This document shows positions 38,288-50,277 of a DNA stretch of 64,000 nt, one piece after another. The notes beneath the pieces were generated by a model. The model searched no databases. It was not told where the DNA came from and worked only from the letters and a program-made list of their open reading frames with translations. Source of the stretch: Selaginella moellendorffii (Eukaryota > Plantae > Lycopodiophyta); contig NW_003314425.1 in NCBI RefSeq assembly GCF_000143415.4, forward strand, positions 1 through 64,000, written 5' to 3'. Positions within the stretch are counted from its first letter, which is position 1, and the number at the start of each line of letters is the position of its first letter. A program made the position numbers and the translations under genes.

Positions 38288-38905
38288 ACACGCATTACCA
38301 TCTTTACTATAATCAAAGTCACTATTAAACTAATGTAATTTTAATTTATCACTAGTGTTCTATTAAATTCTTAAGTTTAAATTAAAATTACATTAGGGAG
38401 AATACTTTGATTAGTAGCTTGCTTTAAACTGCTAGCATGCACCTTTGCTTCGCTTACTAGCTAGCATTTAAACAAGCTACTCATGCTACTCATTTAAAAT
38501 CAAGGTATACTCTCTAAGTGTAGAACTTAATATAATTTTAATTTATCACTAAACATAAGAACTTTCACTTATAGAAAACGTGATCGGAGCTGCAAATTGG
38601 AGCTCCAAGAGAAAATGTTCCAATAGTAAAGGGTTTACGAGCACAGACCTTACTTGATTGTCGCAGACGCTACTGGTCCGATCGTAGAAATTGGAAACGA
38701 TGCATGCAAATTTCTTTGAGACCGGCAATATATAATATATGAAGTGTTTACACTCAGAGCCCAACGATGCAGTGCAATCCGAAGATATCCGACCCCTGAC
38801 CCACGGAGACTGAATACCTACTTAGACTTCCAGCTTCCCAGCCAACTCCTATTTATCGCCTCATCCTTTATATTAGGAGGAGCCCTAATGATTTCCACAG
38901 GAGCC

Positions 38906-39637
38906 ATGGGGGAGCGGCCGGCGCCACACATCCAGGAGCCTGCTTCGGAGCACACCCACACCGTCATCCTCCTCCATGGTGGCGGCAGCGACGGGCCACA
39001 GCTTTGGAGGGCGATCCGTCGGATGCGCCCCTCCCTCTTTGCCAAGTTCCCGAGCTTCCGCTGGGTCTTCCCCAGCTCCGGGCTGCTGTGGTCGAGCTCC
39101 ATGGAGATGGAGCGCAAGCAGTGGTTGGATGCCTCGCCGCGGGACAGCAGCGAGTCGGCGCAGGAGATCCCAGGACTAAGCAGCTCCGTTGAGTACGTTC
39201 TGGGGCTCATCGAGGATGAGGTGCAGCGGCTGGGCGGCAGGGCGGACAGGCTTGTGCTTGGCGGCCTCAGCCAGGGGCAGGCAACGTCCCTGCACGCGTT
39301 GCTGCGCTGCGAGCACAGGCTGGGAGCCTATGTGGGCATGAGCGGATGGTTACCGCTCGCTCACAAGCTCGATCAGGGGATGAAAGTGGAGGGAGATTTA
39401 CAGGGGGCTGAGGCTCCCACTCCCGTCTTTTTGGGCCACGGCACTCACGACCGCAAGGTGCCTCTCGAGCTCGCGTTGAGGGCCCGTCACGTACTCAGCA
39501 CCAACATGAAGGTGGACGTGACGTGGCGGCAGTATGTTGGGGCCAAGCTGGACGGGCACTGGATCAAGGAGCCGGAGGAGCTGGAGGATGTAGCCGAGTT
39601 TCTCCAGGCCAAGCTCCAAATTCAAAACCATATCTAA
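38906..39637 (+). CDS. Intronless phospholipase/carboxylesterase (Abhydrolase_2, acyl-protein-thioesterase-like)
   Basis: ILLHGGGS oxyanion region, GLSQG nucleophile, GHGTHD acid and GHWIKEPEE His; GC-rich with no introns. Confidence 0.88.
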   Translation: MGERPAPHIQEPASEHTHTVILLHGGGSDGPQLWRAIRRMRPSLFAKFPSFRWVFPSSGLLWSSSMEMERKQWLDASPRDSSESAQEIPGLSSSVEYVLGLIEDEVQRLGGRADRLVLGGLSQGQATSLHALLRCEHRLGAYVGMSGWLPLAHKLDQGMKVEGDLQGAEAPTPVFLGHGTHDRKVPLELALRARHVLSTNMKVDVTWRQYVGAKLDGHWIKEPEELEDVAEFLQAKLQIQNHI

Positions 39638-40990
39638 AACTTCTCTTTCCAAGTTACTTTTGGAACTGCACTGTTAAACGTTAACTCCTTTAATCCCCAA
39701 AACCAAAGTCCTATGTTCGAAATACTTGTAGGAAAGCTTGTCACTTCTCGTATCTCCTTAAGACACAATGGTTGTACATTGGAAATATCACTTGCACATA
39801 AATGAACCTTAAAAATTCATTTATTTCTTAACTCATTCTTGATCTATTTACAAATTTCTCTCATCCAATTCTATGGATAAATTTTTTGTCTCACCAAGAT
39901 TTTTGAGATCAAACTAAGCTAAAAAGCTGTCTTTATATGATGACTATGGATCATAAAATAATATGTTGACAACTTGTTATAAAATATTCTGACAACATGA
40001 GATAAGCAAAAATTCTTTAGTAAAACAAATACTTTCAACAACATTCACAATGGGAAAAGATCCTTAAACTTATGTAAAAGTGATTGAATCCTTAGAAAAA
40101 GGGAATCCTCAATGTTAGAATTAATTAAATACTTTGCTAATAAGACAAAATAAAAACACTCTACAATACATACACTCAAAGGTTTAGATCATTCAGAGGA
40201 AAATAGGAAACACTAAATTTGATATCAAACTAAAAACTAAAATTGTCAAAGTCAAAAGAAATTAATATCTCAAGAAAATAAAATATTGCAGATGAAGAAC
40301 TACTAGAAACACAAGAAAGTGGCTCAAATCAAGAAATCTGAAAAGGCATGGAAAGAGGAATTATAAAATAGATCACTATATGAAATCTTTAACTTGTCTT
40401 CATAATTATTTCTAAAGCAACCAAATTCCTCATACTCATAAACATAAACATCTTTCAAGAATTTTATTACATTATCCATTACTCTTAAATCAATATTAAA
40501 TCACGTTTAACAACAGCAAAAATTTTAAAAACAAAAGACCATGTAATTATATCTTATGGAAGTTAAAGATGGAAACACACTAAGTGCTAAAGTAGCATGA
40601 ATATATAATCACACTCGATAGCCATAACTCCAAAAATTATATCTAAAGAAGATACAAAAGCAAGAAAAACATTGCAGAATGAGGATAATAGAGTAGTATT
40701 TATAAAATATACTCTTTGATGGATGATGGTGTGGAAATGTAAATAAAGAAAAAATAGATTTCATATAAAAATTAAAATAGATTTAAATAAAATAAAATAG
40801 GAAAAAATAAAAAACATGCTAAAACATAATAAAGGTAACAAAATTGTGCTCTTCATAATGCCTTCCACCTCCATTAATGTAAAATATATTCATTGGGGTA
40901 AATACCCTTTTTCATATATAGAAATTGATAAACTAAATTTAATCTCAATTTAATAAATATATTTACTATATAGCATTACATATATATAGT

Positions 40991-40994
<4 letters not shown>

Positions 40995-41045
<51 letters not shown>
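40995..41045. repeat. (TA)n microsatellite within an extremely AT-rich tract (~39.7-42.55 kb)
   Basis: About 25 TA units read directly. Confidence 0.95.
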
Positions 41046-41050
<5 letters not shown>

Positions 41051-42564
41051 GTTTATTTCTTAGCTTTCTATAACTAATCTTTCTTTTACTGTTTTAAGAA
41101 AACTTTTAAAATATCAGAATATATGCTAGAGCTACTTAGAAATTTTTTATGTAAGTAAAATAATGTGAGATATGTATATATTTTAAAAGTTTAAATATTA
41201 TTATACAGTATAAAAAAAATCATTATATATGGAATTTTTTCAACTCATAAGACAACTATACTCTTTATTTGTGATGGGAAACACAATTATGCTATACTTT
41301 TTATGGAGTTTAATTTCTTTAAACTAAAAAATAAAATATATAAGTCATTCAAAATATTAATAAGTTTCTCATTTGTTTTCTCACCATCTTTATTTATTAG
41401 TATTATTAATTTTTTAATTGTGTCATTATAGTTTCTAGTATATTCTTTATACCCTTTAAAAGTTACCTTAGAACACACTAGATGCATATCATTATTTCAT
41501 TTCGTTTTCTTTGGATGAGGATTAAATTTATGCACAGCTTCCTACCGACATTTTTGTAGAATATTTAATATATATATTTTTTAAAGTGAGTTTATTATAA
41601 CTTCTATATTATTTCTCACCTTTTGTATAGTTATTTCATATTCACATACAAATAAAACATTTAGTTAGTTATATAATTGTAATCAAGATAAAAATTTATA
41701 AAATAAAATATATTATGTTATGAAATATTTAATACATATATTAAATAAACATTGTACATTACCTTTTGTCACAAAGTATATGGATGTAATAAAACTGTTT
41801 ATGATTAAATTTCATAAACTTATATTTTTCAAAAGAATGGTTAGTTTCTATTTTTTTCATTAGAAAAATGGAAAATAAAAAATTGATATTAATGGCTTTT
41901 TTCCAGATTAGCTATTTTTCAAAAGGATAAAAGTTTGATTTTAATACAATAATAAATTTAAAAAATCATATTAGTTTTATCTTTTTTTCAGAGATTTAAA
42001 ATCTTTAAAACATTAAACTTAAATCTAAATTATGTATATAAAGTTAATGTAATAATTTATAAATAATTATTTGATAATATTTAATCAATTTTCAAACTAA
42101 AATTTAATGGTTGTAATGTCATTCACTAAAATCTTAATAATGTTAATATTTTTTTAAAATTATTTAATTCCATAAATTTTAATTTCTAAAGTGCTAAATA
42201 ATTTAACAGTTAAATAAATATGAATTTTCATCTAAAACTAAAGTATAATAAAAACTAATATGTTATTATCTCACTAATTGTTGTTTTGTATAATTTTTAC
42301 TAATTATTTTATATTTGATTATTTTAGTGCTATAATCTTTGTACATAATATATAAGTCCTTATATAAGTATAAATGCTTTCAAAGTAACATATAGTCAAT
42401 TTATAAAGGATTAGAAGATTAAAAACAATATAAAAATTTTATTTAATATTATATGTGTTTTGGTATATTTCATTATAATGCCATATAATGCCAAAGAATA
42501 ATTGTTTCTAGGCTAATTAACTTGGTTTTGCATAAAAGTAAAAAAGTTAAATTAAGCAGAATGA

Positions 42565-44129
42565 TCATTTTAAGTCGATTCCTTGTCCAGGAGCATCGGT
42601 CATAATGTACTTCTTCGAGTGTACTGATAAAAAGAGAAAAAAAAAGTTAAAGAACGATGCAGGCATCAAACACACCTTGATAACCACCTTCGATTGGATC
42701 CTCGGCAAGTAACAAGGGAGTGTCCAAGTCGATGTATCTACAAACAATCACTCGTAGGAAGGAGGATTCTCAAGTGTTATGCGTACCTGAAGAAGCCAAA
42801 TCCGGCAGCAAGATGAGCAGCAAAGCCCATCCCCAATCGGGTCTCCACCATGCCTCCAATCATCAACTCTATCTTCTTCTCACGAGCCAGAGAGATGACC
42901 TCGAGAGCTCCAAGGACGCCGAGCTTCGCGAGCTTCACGTTTATCACTGGAGCAAGCTCCTCGTCGGCAATGCGCTGGGCGTCATCCAAACTCCGGCAGC
43001 TTTCGTCGGCAGCAACGGGGACGCCATAGAGTTCTCTCGCCTTTTTGCTGACGAGCGCAAGGCCATCCCAGTCTGCGCGTGCCACTGGCTGCTCGAAGAG
43101 AATAGGAGTGATCCCCTGTTCTACATGAAGAGAAACATGGTTAAAGTTTGGAGACTAGAAAAGATTTGGTCACCTTGGAGCTCCTGTAGAACTCGTAAGG
43201 CTTCATGCGACGTGTAGCCTTCGTTTGCATCAAGAATGAGATTGCAAGTTGGGTGGCTACTTCGAATCGCATGGAGCATGGCAATGTCGGACGACAAATC
43301 TCTGCCTCCAACTTTGGTTTTCACCGTCTGGAAGCCTCTTTGAGCATATTCCATGGCGAGGCGAGCAGCAATATCCGGCTCACATATTGGAATCTACAAA
43401 CAAGAGAAAGAACCAGCTCAAGCACTTATCTCAACCCAAAATACTGTGATATCCGTCGTGACAAAGTTGGATGCTCCACCAAAAAATTTCCAGAGTGGAA
43501 TTCCAACGCTACGAGCTGCGGCATCGATCACAGCCATCTCAATCCCTGCTCGAGCCTGCCGTAGAGAAAGAAAATGTGAGAAGCTTGAAGAGAAGAAAAG
43601 AAAAATATGAGAAGCAATACTTTACGGAAGCATAGTTGTGGCCTGGAAGAAGATTTCCAACGCTGGAAAGGATTTCCATGCAGCTCAATCCTGGCTCAAG
43701 CTGCTCAAGCATCCGGCAGCATCGCCCAGCCTGGTCCAGAGCTACAGTCTGATCCTCCGCAGTGACCGGAAAGAGCGTCGGAGCTTCGCCCCATCCAACG
43801 CTCCCATCCGCGAGCTCCACCCGGACGGCCACATTCGCCACAGCCTCGAGCTTGGTGGTAGCGATCGTGAAGGGCGCTTTCAGCGGCACATCAAGCGGCC
43901 GTGCCCGCGCCTGCGCGATCCGCGGCCGGACCGATTCCAGCGCCTTCCGCCATGCGACATTACCGTGCTGATCGCGATCCTCGCCCGGCCGCATCGAGCA
44001 AGAAATCTTCCAGTTCCTTGCGAAGCTCCCCGCGGATCTGGAACCGGCAGCTGGAAGAGCGTCTGGAATACAAGCGGCGCTGCCGAAATCCATCGCCGGC
44101 GACGCGATCGACCTAGAAAACCTAGGCAT
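42565..44129 (-). CDS. L-Ala-D/L-amino acid (dipeptide) epimerase, enolase superfamily
   Basis: APFTIAT, GWGEAP, KTKVG, ILDANEGY, FEQP, AADES, INVKLAK, MIGGMVE and DLDTP motifs; N-terminal extension that may be a transit peptide. Confidence 0.92.
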
Positions 44130-44254
44130 AAGATCACTGTTTGGAAAAAAAAAAAAATTCCCGCCTAAATGAATTTTAGGGTTCTTCCTCTGGCATTTTA
44201 GCTTCTTTTAGCCTAGAAAGCTTCTTTTAGGGCATTTTAAAAGGACAGGTTTTA

Positions 44255-44977
44255 ATGAGGCCGTCACAGGGGCTGGCCGATTCTCTGTTTGGATTGTGCG
44301 ATGCGATGGAGGGGGAATTCGAAAAGAACAAGGGACCTGTTGCTGTGCCAATGATCATCAATCCCGAAGAATTCCGGCGTCTCCACCTGGAAACGAGAGC
44401 GCACAAGCTGAATATGCTGTACCTCAAGGATAGCGGGAGTCTTTTCCTGCAACATGATCCCTCCCTGGCCCATGAGGTCGTGCGCACGTACTGGTCCACG
44501 AAACTAGGGATGCAGCTGGAGGGGCTCGGCGTCCAGACCCTAGGGAATCGCTTGGTTGATGTTTGCCCAGGGGGGCTGGTGGAGTACAAGGATCGATTGC
44601 AGCAGGTTGATGTTCTTGTGGTGGAGAGATCCCCAGGTCAAAGTATCATCGCTGCTCAGGTGGTTTTGGTTGCCCAGGTTGTTTACCAGAACGAAGACAT
44701 TGCCAAGGTGGTGGCCGATCTTGATGCGGTTACAGCAGCTGAGAATTCCGGTGCCAGGATTGCCCTTGCAATTCAAGTGCGCAGGGGATGTGCTCCGGCT
44801 CTTAGCGTTTGGGTGAAGGCGAGGGGGCGACCTGTGGAGAATCTTGATCCAGAAGGTGTGCTTAAGCTGGACTGGAACGAGTTGTTCGAGGTACCCGAGG
44901 TGAGGAATCAGTTGACTGCTCCAGGTATCTCTGAGATCAGCCTTGCAGCCGCGACTGAACATGCTGCTATGTTCTAG
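44255..44977 (+). CDS. Intronless Uma2/PD-(D/E)xK-like protein with degenerate catalytic motifs
   Basis: Colinear similarity to the 46098 ORF: DPSLAH~DPSLVH, QQVDV~KEPDL, VAQVVYQNE~VIEVAYRNE, SGARIALAIQV~SGSLLAIGVKI. Confidence 0.6.
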   Translation: MRPSQGLADSLFGLCDAMEGEFEKNKGPVAVPMIINPEEFRRLHLETRAHKLNMLYLKDSGSLFLQHDPSLAHEVVRTYWSTKLGMQLEGLGVQTLGNRLVDVCPGGLVEYKDRLQQVDVLVVERSPGQSIIAAQVVLVAQVVYQNEDIAKVVADLDAVTAAENSGARIALAIQVRRGCAPALSVWVKARGRPVENLDPEGVLKLDWNELFEVPEVRNQLTAPGISEISLAAATEHAAMF

Positions 44978-46097
44978 TAGGTGTATTGTACTTAAATATT
45001 CTTAATACTCTCACCAAACTGTAATCTCTTTTGCCATCTCTCTCAGAGGAAACAAGGTTGGATTAGTTTGATGGTTTACATCTCACTCACCTGGCAATCA
45101 ACTTCTACTCGTCATTGGCCTAAGTTTATGCCACTCAATCCTATCAGTGAAATTTAAAACATTGTCACAGCCTGAGAGCCCACCTCTTGCACGCCACCAC
45201 AGATCAAGCAAGAAATCTGCCACAAAAGTATCATCTTCCTTCCTTGGCCACAATCTTGTGCACCCACTTCACCTGCAACAGCACTTGCGGAGCACTTATG
45301 GAGCATCATAGCGTAAGAACTCGCATCACTGCAACTCGCGCCCTGCCATGTGAGCCAAGAACCTGGGTGGCATGCCGTGGCGGCGGACACGTCTGTTGTC
45401 GAGATCAGGTCTCAACACCGAGATGTCACAAGCCCCAACTTGGAGATGATCTCTTGTCCCCTTGGACATCCTCGGCCTTCATCGGCAAACCATCGAGAGT
45501 TTCCATCAAAACACCATACTCTTAACTGCGATCCTCCTCAGGGATCGTGTACGTTGGAACCGGAGTTGGAGGAGTTCTAATAGGAACAGAAGTTGCGGGA
45601 GCTTCCAAGGTGGCGGCTTTGCTAAGGACAGTGTCCAACAACATAAGTCCAACAACATCACTCTAAAACAATTCACTCTAAGTACAAAGACCTCCCCAAG
45701 CTTGTGAAGGAGGCTTTTCCGGGGCAATGATCTTGCCGTGACAGAGGATCGCTCGTGATCAGCACAATTACCATATTAAAGTAATCCCACCTTCATCACG
45801 GCGGGCCTGAAATGCATGGATGTTTTTTTGCACCAGGCTCATCCCGGTCATGGACGCCGTCCATGCAACAGCTCTGACTTGCCAAATACATTACGGATCC
45901 AATTGGTGTAGGCATAAGATGATCGCTGATGTATTTTATACGCCCATGAAATTTAGGCTGGTATGCCAATTCAAGTCAACTTGGCAAAGTAGAACCATGT
46001 TGGGAGATATATACAAGAGGTGGATGACGATATCTTCGATTGGGAGAGGGTACTTTTTTGAAAAAACAAGCCAGGACGAAGAACTTCAATTAGCGTT

Positions 46098-46760
46098 TCA
46101 CTCTTTCTTTACAGGTAACTCCATTTCCTTTGCTAGTCCTTCCCACTCAATCATCTTATTAACATACTGTTGCAGCCCAAAGAGATCAAACCTGATGCGG
46201 TGATCGCCCTCCACATCCCCAGTAAAGCACGACAACGGAAATTCCATTACAAACGCTTCCTTGTTACTCTCGTCCAAGAACTCAGGCCCAAACTTTATCT
46301 CCGTCAGTGCCGCTGCGCCGTGCTCCTTGGCTACAAATGTGAGATCGAGCTCCCGGGTGATTTTGACACCAATCGCCAGCAGCGAGCCACTGGCTTCCCA
46401 CATATCCACCGAGCTCTTGAGCGCCTCCAGCCCCTCGTTCCTGTACGCCACCTCGATCACGGCTCGCACTGGCTCGAGCCTTGACGTGGAGAAATAGCAA
46501 AGGTCAGGCTCCTTGTCGCCCTGAATTGTCTCTAGCCGGGAGGCCCCGGCGGCGGAGATCACGTCGATGGCGCACTCAACCTCAGGTATCGACTGGATCT
46601 GGGTGATGATCGTAGTGTTGAACCAGTTTGAGATTGTCCGGTGCACGAGGGAAGGATCCCCGTACATCCACACATCGCCGGCCTTGTATTCTAGCCGCCA
46701 GCAACACTCGAGGAAACACATCCATGCATCATACATTTGCCAAGGTACCTGTTGGGCCAC
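46098..46760 (-). CDS. Intronless Uma2-like (restriction-endonuclease fold, PD-(D/E)xK) nuclease; N-terminus uncertain
   Basis: Uma2-type pattern G.vw...PS..H / KEPD / VIEVA..E.L..L....W. The upstream ATG at 46816 (MGELDAALQEAV) is out of frame with the main ORF. Confidence 0.7.
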   Translation of the reverse strand: MAQQVPWQMYDAWMCFLECCWRLEYKAGDVWMYGDPSLVHRTISNWFNTTIITQIQSIPEVECAIDVISAAGASRLETIQGDKEPDLCYFSTSRLEPVRAVIEVAYRNEGLEALKSSVDMWEASGSLLAIGVKITRELDLTFVAKEHGAAALTEIKFGPEFLDESNKEAFVMEFPLSCFTGDVEGDHRIRFDLFGLQQYVNKMIEWEGLAKEMELPVKKE

Positions 46761-48013
46761 AAGAAATGGCCCCTTCTCGCCACGGCTTCCTGGAGCGCTG
46801 CGTCTAACTCTCCCATTGCACTGAAACTAGGGCTTAGCGATTTGGGTGGCGAAAGTGATGGCAGCTAGGGCTAGGGTTCACCCTGTTTCTAGGGCTAGGG
46901 TTCCTGGGGTTCTAAGGCTGGCAGTTGCCACAATTAGGACTAACAGCCAATGGAGTTAATTCAATGTGACACACATAAAGGATCCATATATCTCTTCTTT
47001 AGTGCTTATTTTAGAGCTTTGCTCCTTTAGGAGGAAGTTTATGCCCTTTCTCTAGTCCCTATTGCAAGGTTAGAACTTTACAAAAAATGAGCTAATTTAG
47101 CGCACTTATCTTGTGTGGGAAGCAAAGTAGTACATTCCAACCTTGAGTTGGAGAACATTCACACCTCACATAAAACTATATGTTAAAGTATTATTGCATT
47201 TGGACATTATTTTGGCACTAAAGGCACATTGGTGGTGGAGTTGTGCTAGTCATGGAATGTAGTAGGTGACTTCAAGCTTCATGGTGAAGTCACTTGAGAA
47301 ATAGATAGCCAAGAGCAGCATCAGGCGTTCGTGCTCATAGCTTCAATAGTTTCTTTGAGAATGCACCCTTTGGGATTGAGGTAACATATACGTTTAGCAA
47401 AAGTGAGAAATGTCGACCTAAAGATCAAAAGAAAAGAAAATTCCTAAATTCATTTTAGGGTTCTTCCTCTTGGCTCAGCTGAGTAAGGAGCTTGAATCAT
47501 CACTGTGCCGCACCTAAATCCTCACAAGGTCGCTCTACCATCTTTAGGGCAAAGCATCGCTCGGGAGAGATCCTAGCAGCATCAATCACATTTCACATCA
47601 CCGCCAGCGAAAGAAAAAAGGAGGGGAATTAGGGTTCTTCCCTCCTGAATTCTAGGGTTTAAAGAAATAGTGAGTCAAGCTGGGGAAATGGACTGGCCAG
47701 CTGGTCCGATCGATTTGCGCTCCTGGCACGGATAGTCGCAAAGTAGATGTAGATTTTTTCCTGTCAGAGATTGATCTTTTGTCAACATGGCCACCGCGGG
47801 TCTTCGTCGTTGCCCATCATCCCCTTTTGTCAATCGCATTGTGCGCGGACTTCTTGTTGGCATAGTTCGCGGGGGCCGCGATTTCCACTTGAAATTCCAC
47901 CTCCTCTTCTTTGTCGATCACCCAGATCCACCAGATGGGCAGCGCCGATCGATAGTGAGCAGATCAATTGGAGCACCCATCTATCTGATTGGAAGATCCA
48001 ACTGGTTTGAGCT

Positions 48014-50178
48014 ATGGAGGATCGCTCCAATCTCCTCGTCCACGAGGTGATCGAGAGGGAAGTGGTGTCAATCCCAGCGACGCCCAATGCATCCACGCCG
48101 CCGCTGACGCCCACCGGCAGCCACTGGGCATCGATCGCTCCTCCATTCCAAGGCCACACACCATCGTCCGGGATGCTCACGCCGCAGGGGAATGGGACTT
48201 ACACTCCCACTCCATCCAGCACTCGCCCGCCATCGAATCTTGGATCCCCGGCTCGCCAGCAACCCAATCCATCCTCGCGCCTCCTACGCTCGCCCAAGGT
48301 GCTCTTCTCGCCGATTGGAACGCCCATGAGGAAGGCTCTCACGAATATGAGAGCTTATCTCGAGGATATTGGGCATATCACCAAGCTCGATCCCCAGGAA
48401 GCCTGGCTCCCCATCACGGCCTCGCGCAATGGGAATGCTTACTACTCGGCGTTCCACAATCTCAACGCGAGCATTGGATTCCAAGCGCTCTTGCTCCCGG
48501 TGGCTCTTACGTTCCTTGGCTGGTAAGAATCCTTCTTTGGTTTCTAGTTTTTTTCTAGCGAGCTGTCATCTCTCTTCGTGCTTGCGTGGTTTGTGGTGGA
48601 CTGTTGAGATTTTCTTTGCTTATCTGGATCGATATCATCTCTTCTTTCACAACTTCCTCGTTCTACTATCCAAATCCAAGTTTTTGCTTGACTAATGGTG
48701 CGATTTAGCTTTGATTTGTATGAATTTTGAAGAGATTCTTGTCAGGTTTCTTGGTGGATTTGTCTTCCATAGCTAGCTTTTCTTGATCAACTTTTGACAA
48801 AGTTCTTCTTTTCCTTTTTGGTACAGGACTTGGGGAGTTTTGGCTCTGGTGGCAGCTTTTATTTGGCAGCTCTACACACTCTGGATCCTCATCCAGCTAC
48901 ACGAAGCTGTCCCTGGCAAACGCCACAGTCGATACGTCGAGCTCGCTCAAGAAGCTTTTGGTAAACTTTGAAACTAACTCTAGAGCTTTGCTCACAAAAA
49001 AGTATCTCCATGCTTTTTCTTCCAGGACCAAAGCTTGGAGCGTGGCTAGCAATCTTCCCGGTCGTAAATCTCTCGGGAGGAACCGCAACCGGGCTCATCA
49101 TCATCGGCGGTGGAACTCTGGAGCTCTTTTACAGAACCGTGTGCCGGGATTGCCACGGAGGATCACTCACAACCGTGGAGTGGTACCTCGTCTTCACGAT
49201 CTTGTGTGCTATCCTCGCGCAGCTTCCAAACCTCAACTCCATCGCTGGAGTTTCTCTGGTTGGAGCCGTCATGGCTGTGGCTTACACCACCTTGGTCTGG
49301 ACGCTATCCATCAGCAGGCCGAGACCACCGGGAATAACGTATGATACCGTCAAGCCGGATCACACCGCCGGGAACATCTTCTCGGTTCTCAATGCTCTCG
49401 GGATCATCGCGTTTGCATTTCGCGGACACAATCTAGTGCTCGAGATCCAGGTACTTCATAGGAAAAATCGCGTTTTTCTTAGCTTTTGCTCTAATCACAG
49501 GGAACGATGCCATCCTCTTTGAAACACCCGGCTAAGTCTCCAATGTGGAGAGGAGCCAAAGTTGCGTTTGCGATAGTCGCTGCTTGCTACTTCCCGATCG
49601 CCATCGCCGGATACTGGGCTTACGGACGAATGGTGAGCTTCAAAAACTCTCGAACACGAAAAAAAACTGATTTTTACGTGGTTTTCTTCGTCCAGATGCT
49701 TCCCAGTGGAATTCTCTTCTCCATGTACGCACTCCATCCAGACATCCCAAGCCCGTGGATGGCCATCACCTTCTTGTTCGTTGTCCTCAACTCGATCAGC
49801 AGCTTCCAGATCTACTCCATGCCGATGTTCGACGCGTTCGAGCAGAGTTTCACGGCCAGGAAGAACAAGCCAACGCCACTCCTCGCTCGCGTTGCCTTCC
49901 GCCTCTTCTTCACCTTCTTCGCGTTCTTCGTCGGAGTGGCGCTGCCTTTCATCTCCAGCTTCGCGGGGCTGCTAGGCGGACTGACGAGCGTCCCCGTGAC
50001 GTTCTGCTACCCGTGCTTCATGTGGCTCAAGATCAAGAAGCCACCGAGGTTCAGCTTCACCTGGTATCTCAACTGGACGCTGGGGATCCTGGGCATTGTT
50101 TTTAGCATCACCTTCACGGCTGGAGGGATCTGGAGTATAGTCGACAGTGGTCTCACGCTTAACTTCTTCAATCCATAA
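48014..50178 (+). CDS. Lysine/histidine transporter-like amino acid permease (paralog B)
   Basis: Same motifs and intron positions as 22621-24381: WLPITASRNGNAYYSAFHNL, FAFRGHNLVLEIQ and FCYPCFMWL. Confidence 0.92.
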
Positions 50179-50277
50179 GAAAAAATTGGTTTGTTTCTCG
50201 CCCAGAGTCGCAGAGATTCCTCCAAGATAGCAGGAATAGAGATTCTAGATAGAATGCGATCACACTCGTGATCTCTA

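Noticed and set aside
45150-45730. Short ORFs between the two Uma2-like genes
   Set aside because: Broken frames with no confident motif; possibly decayed gene debris
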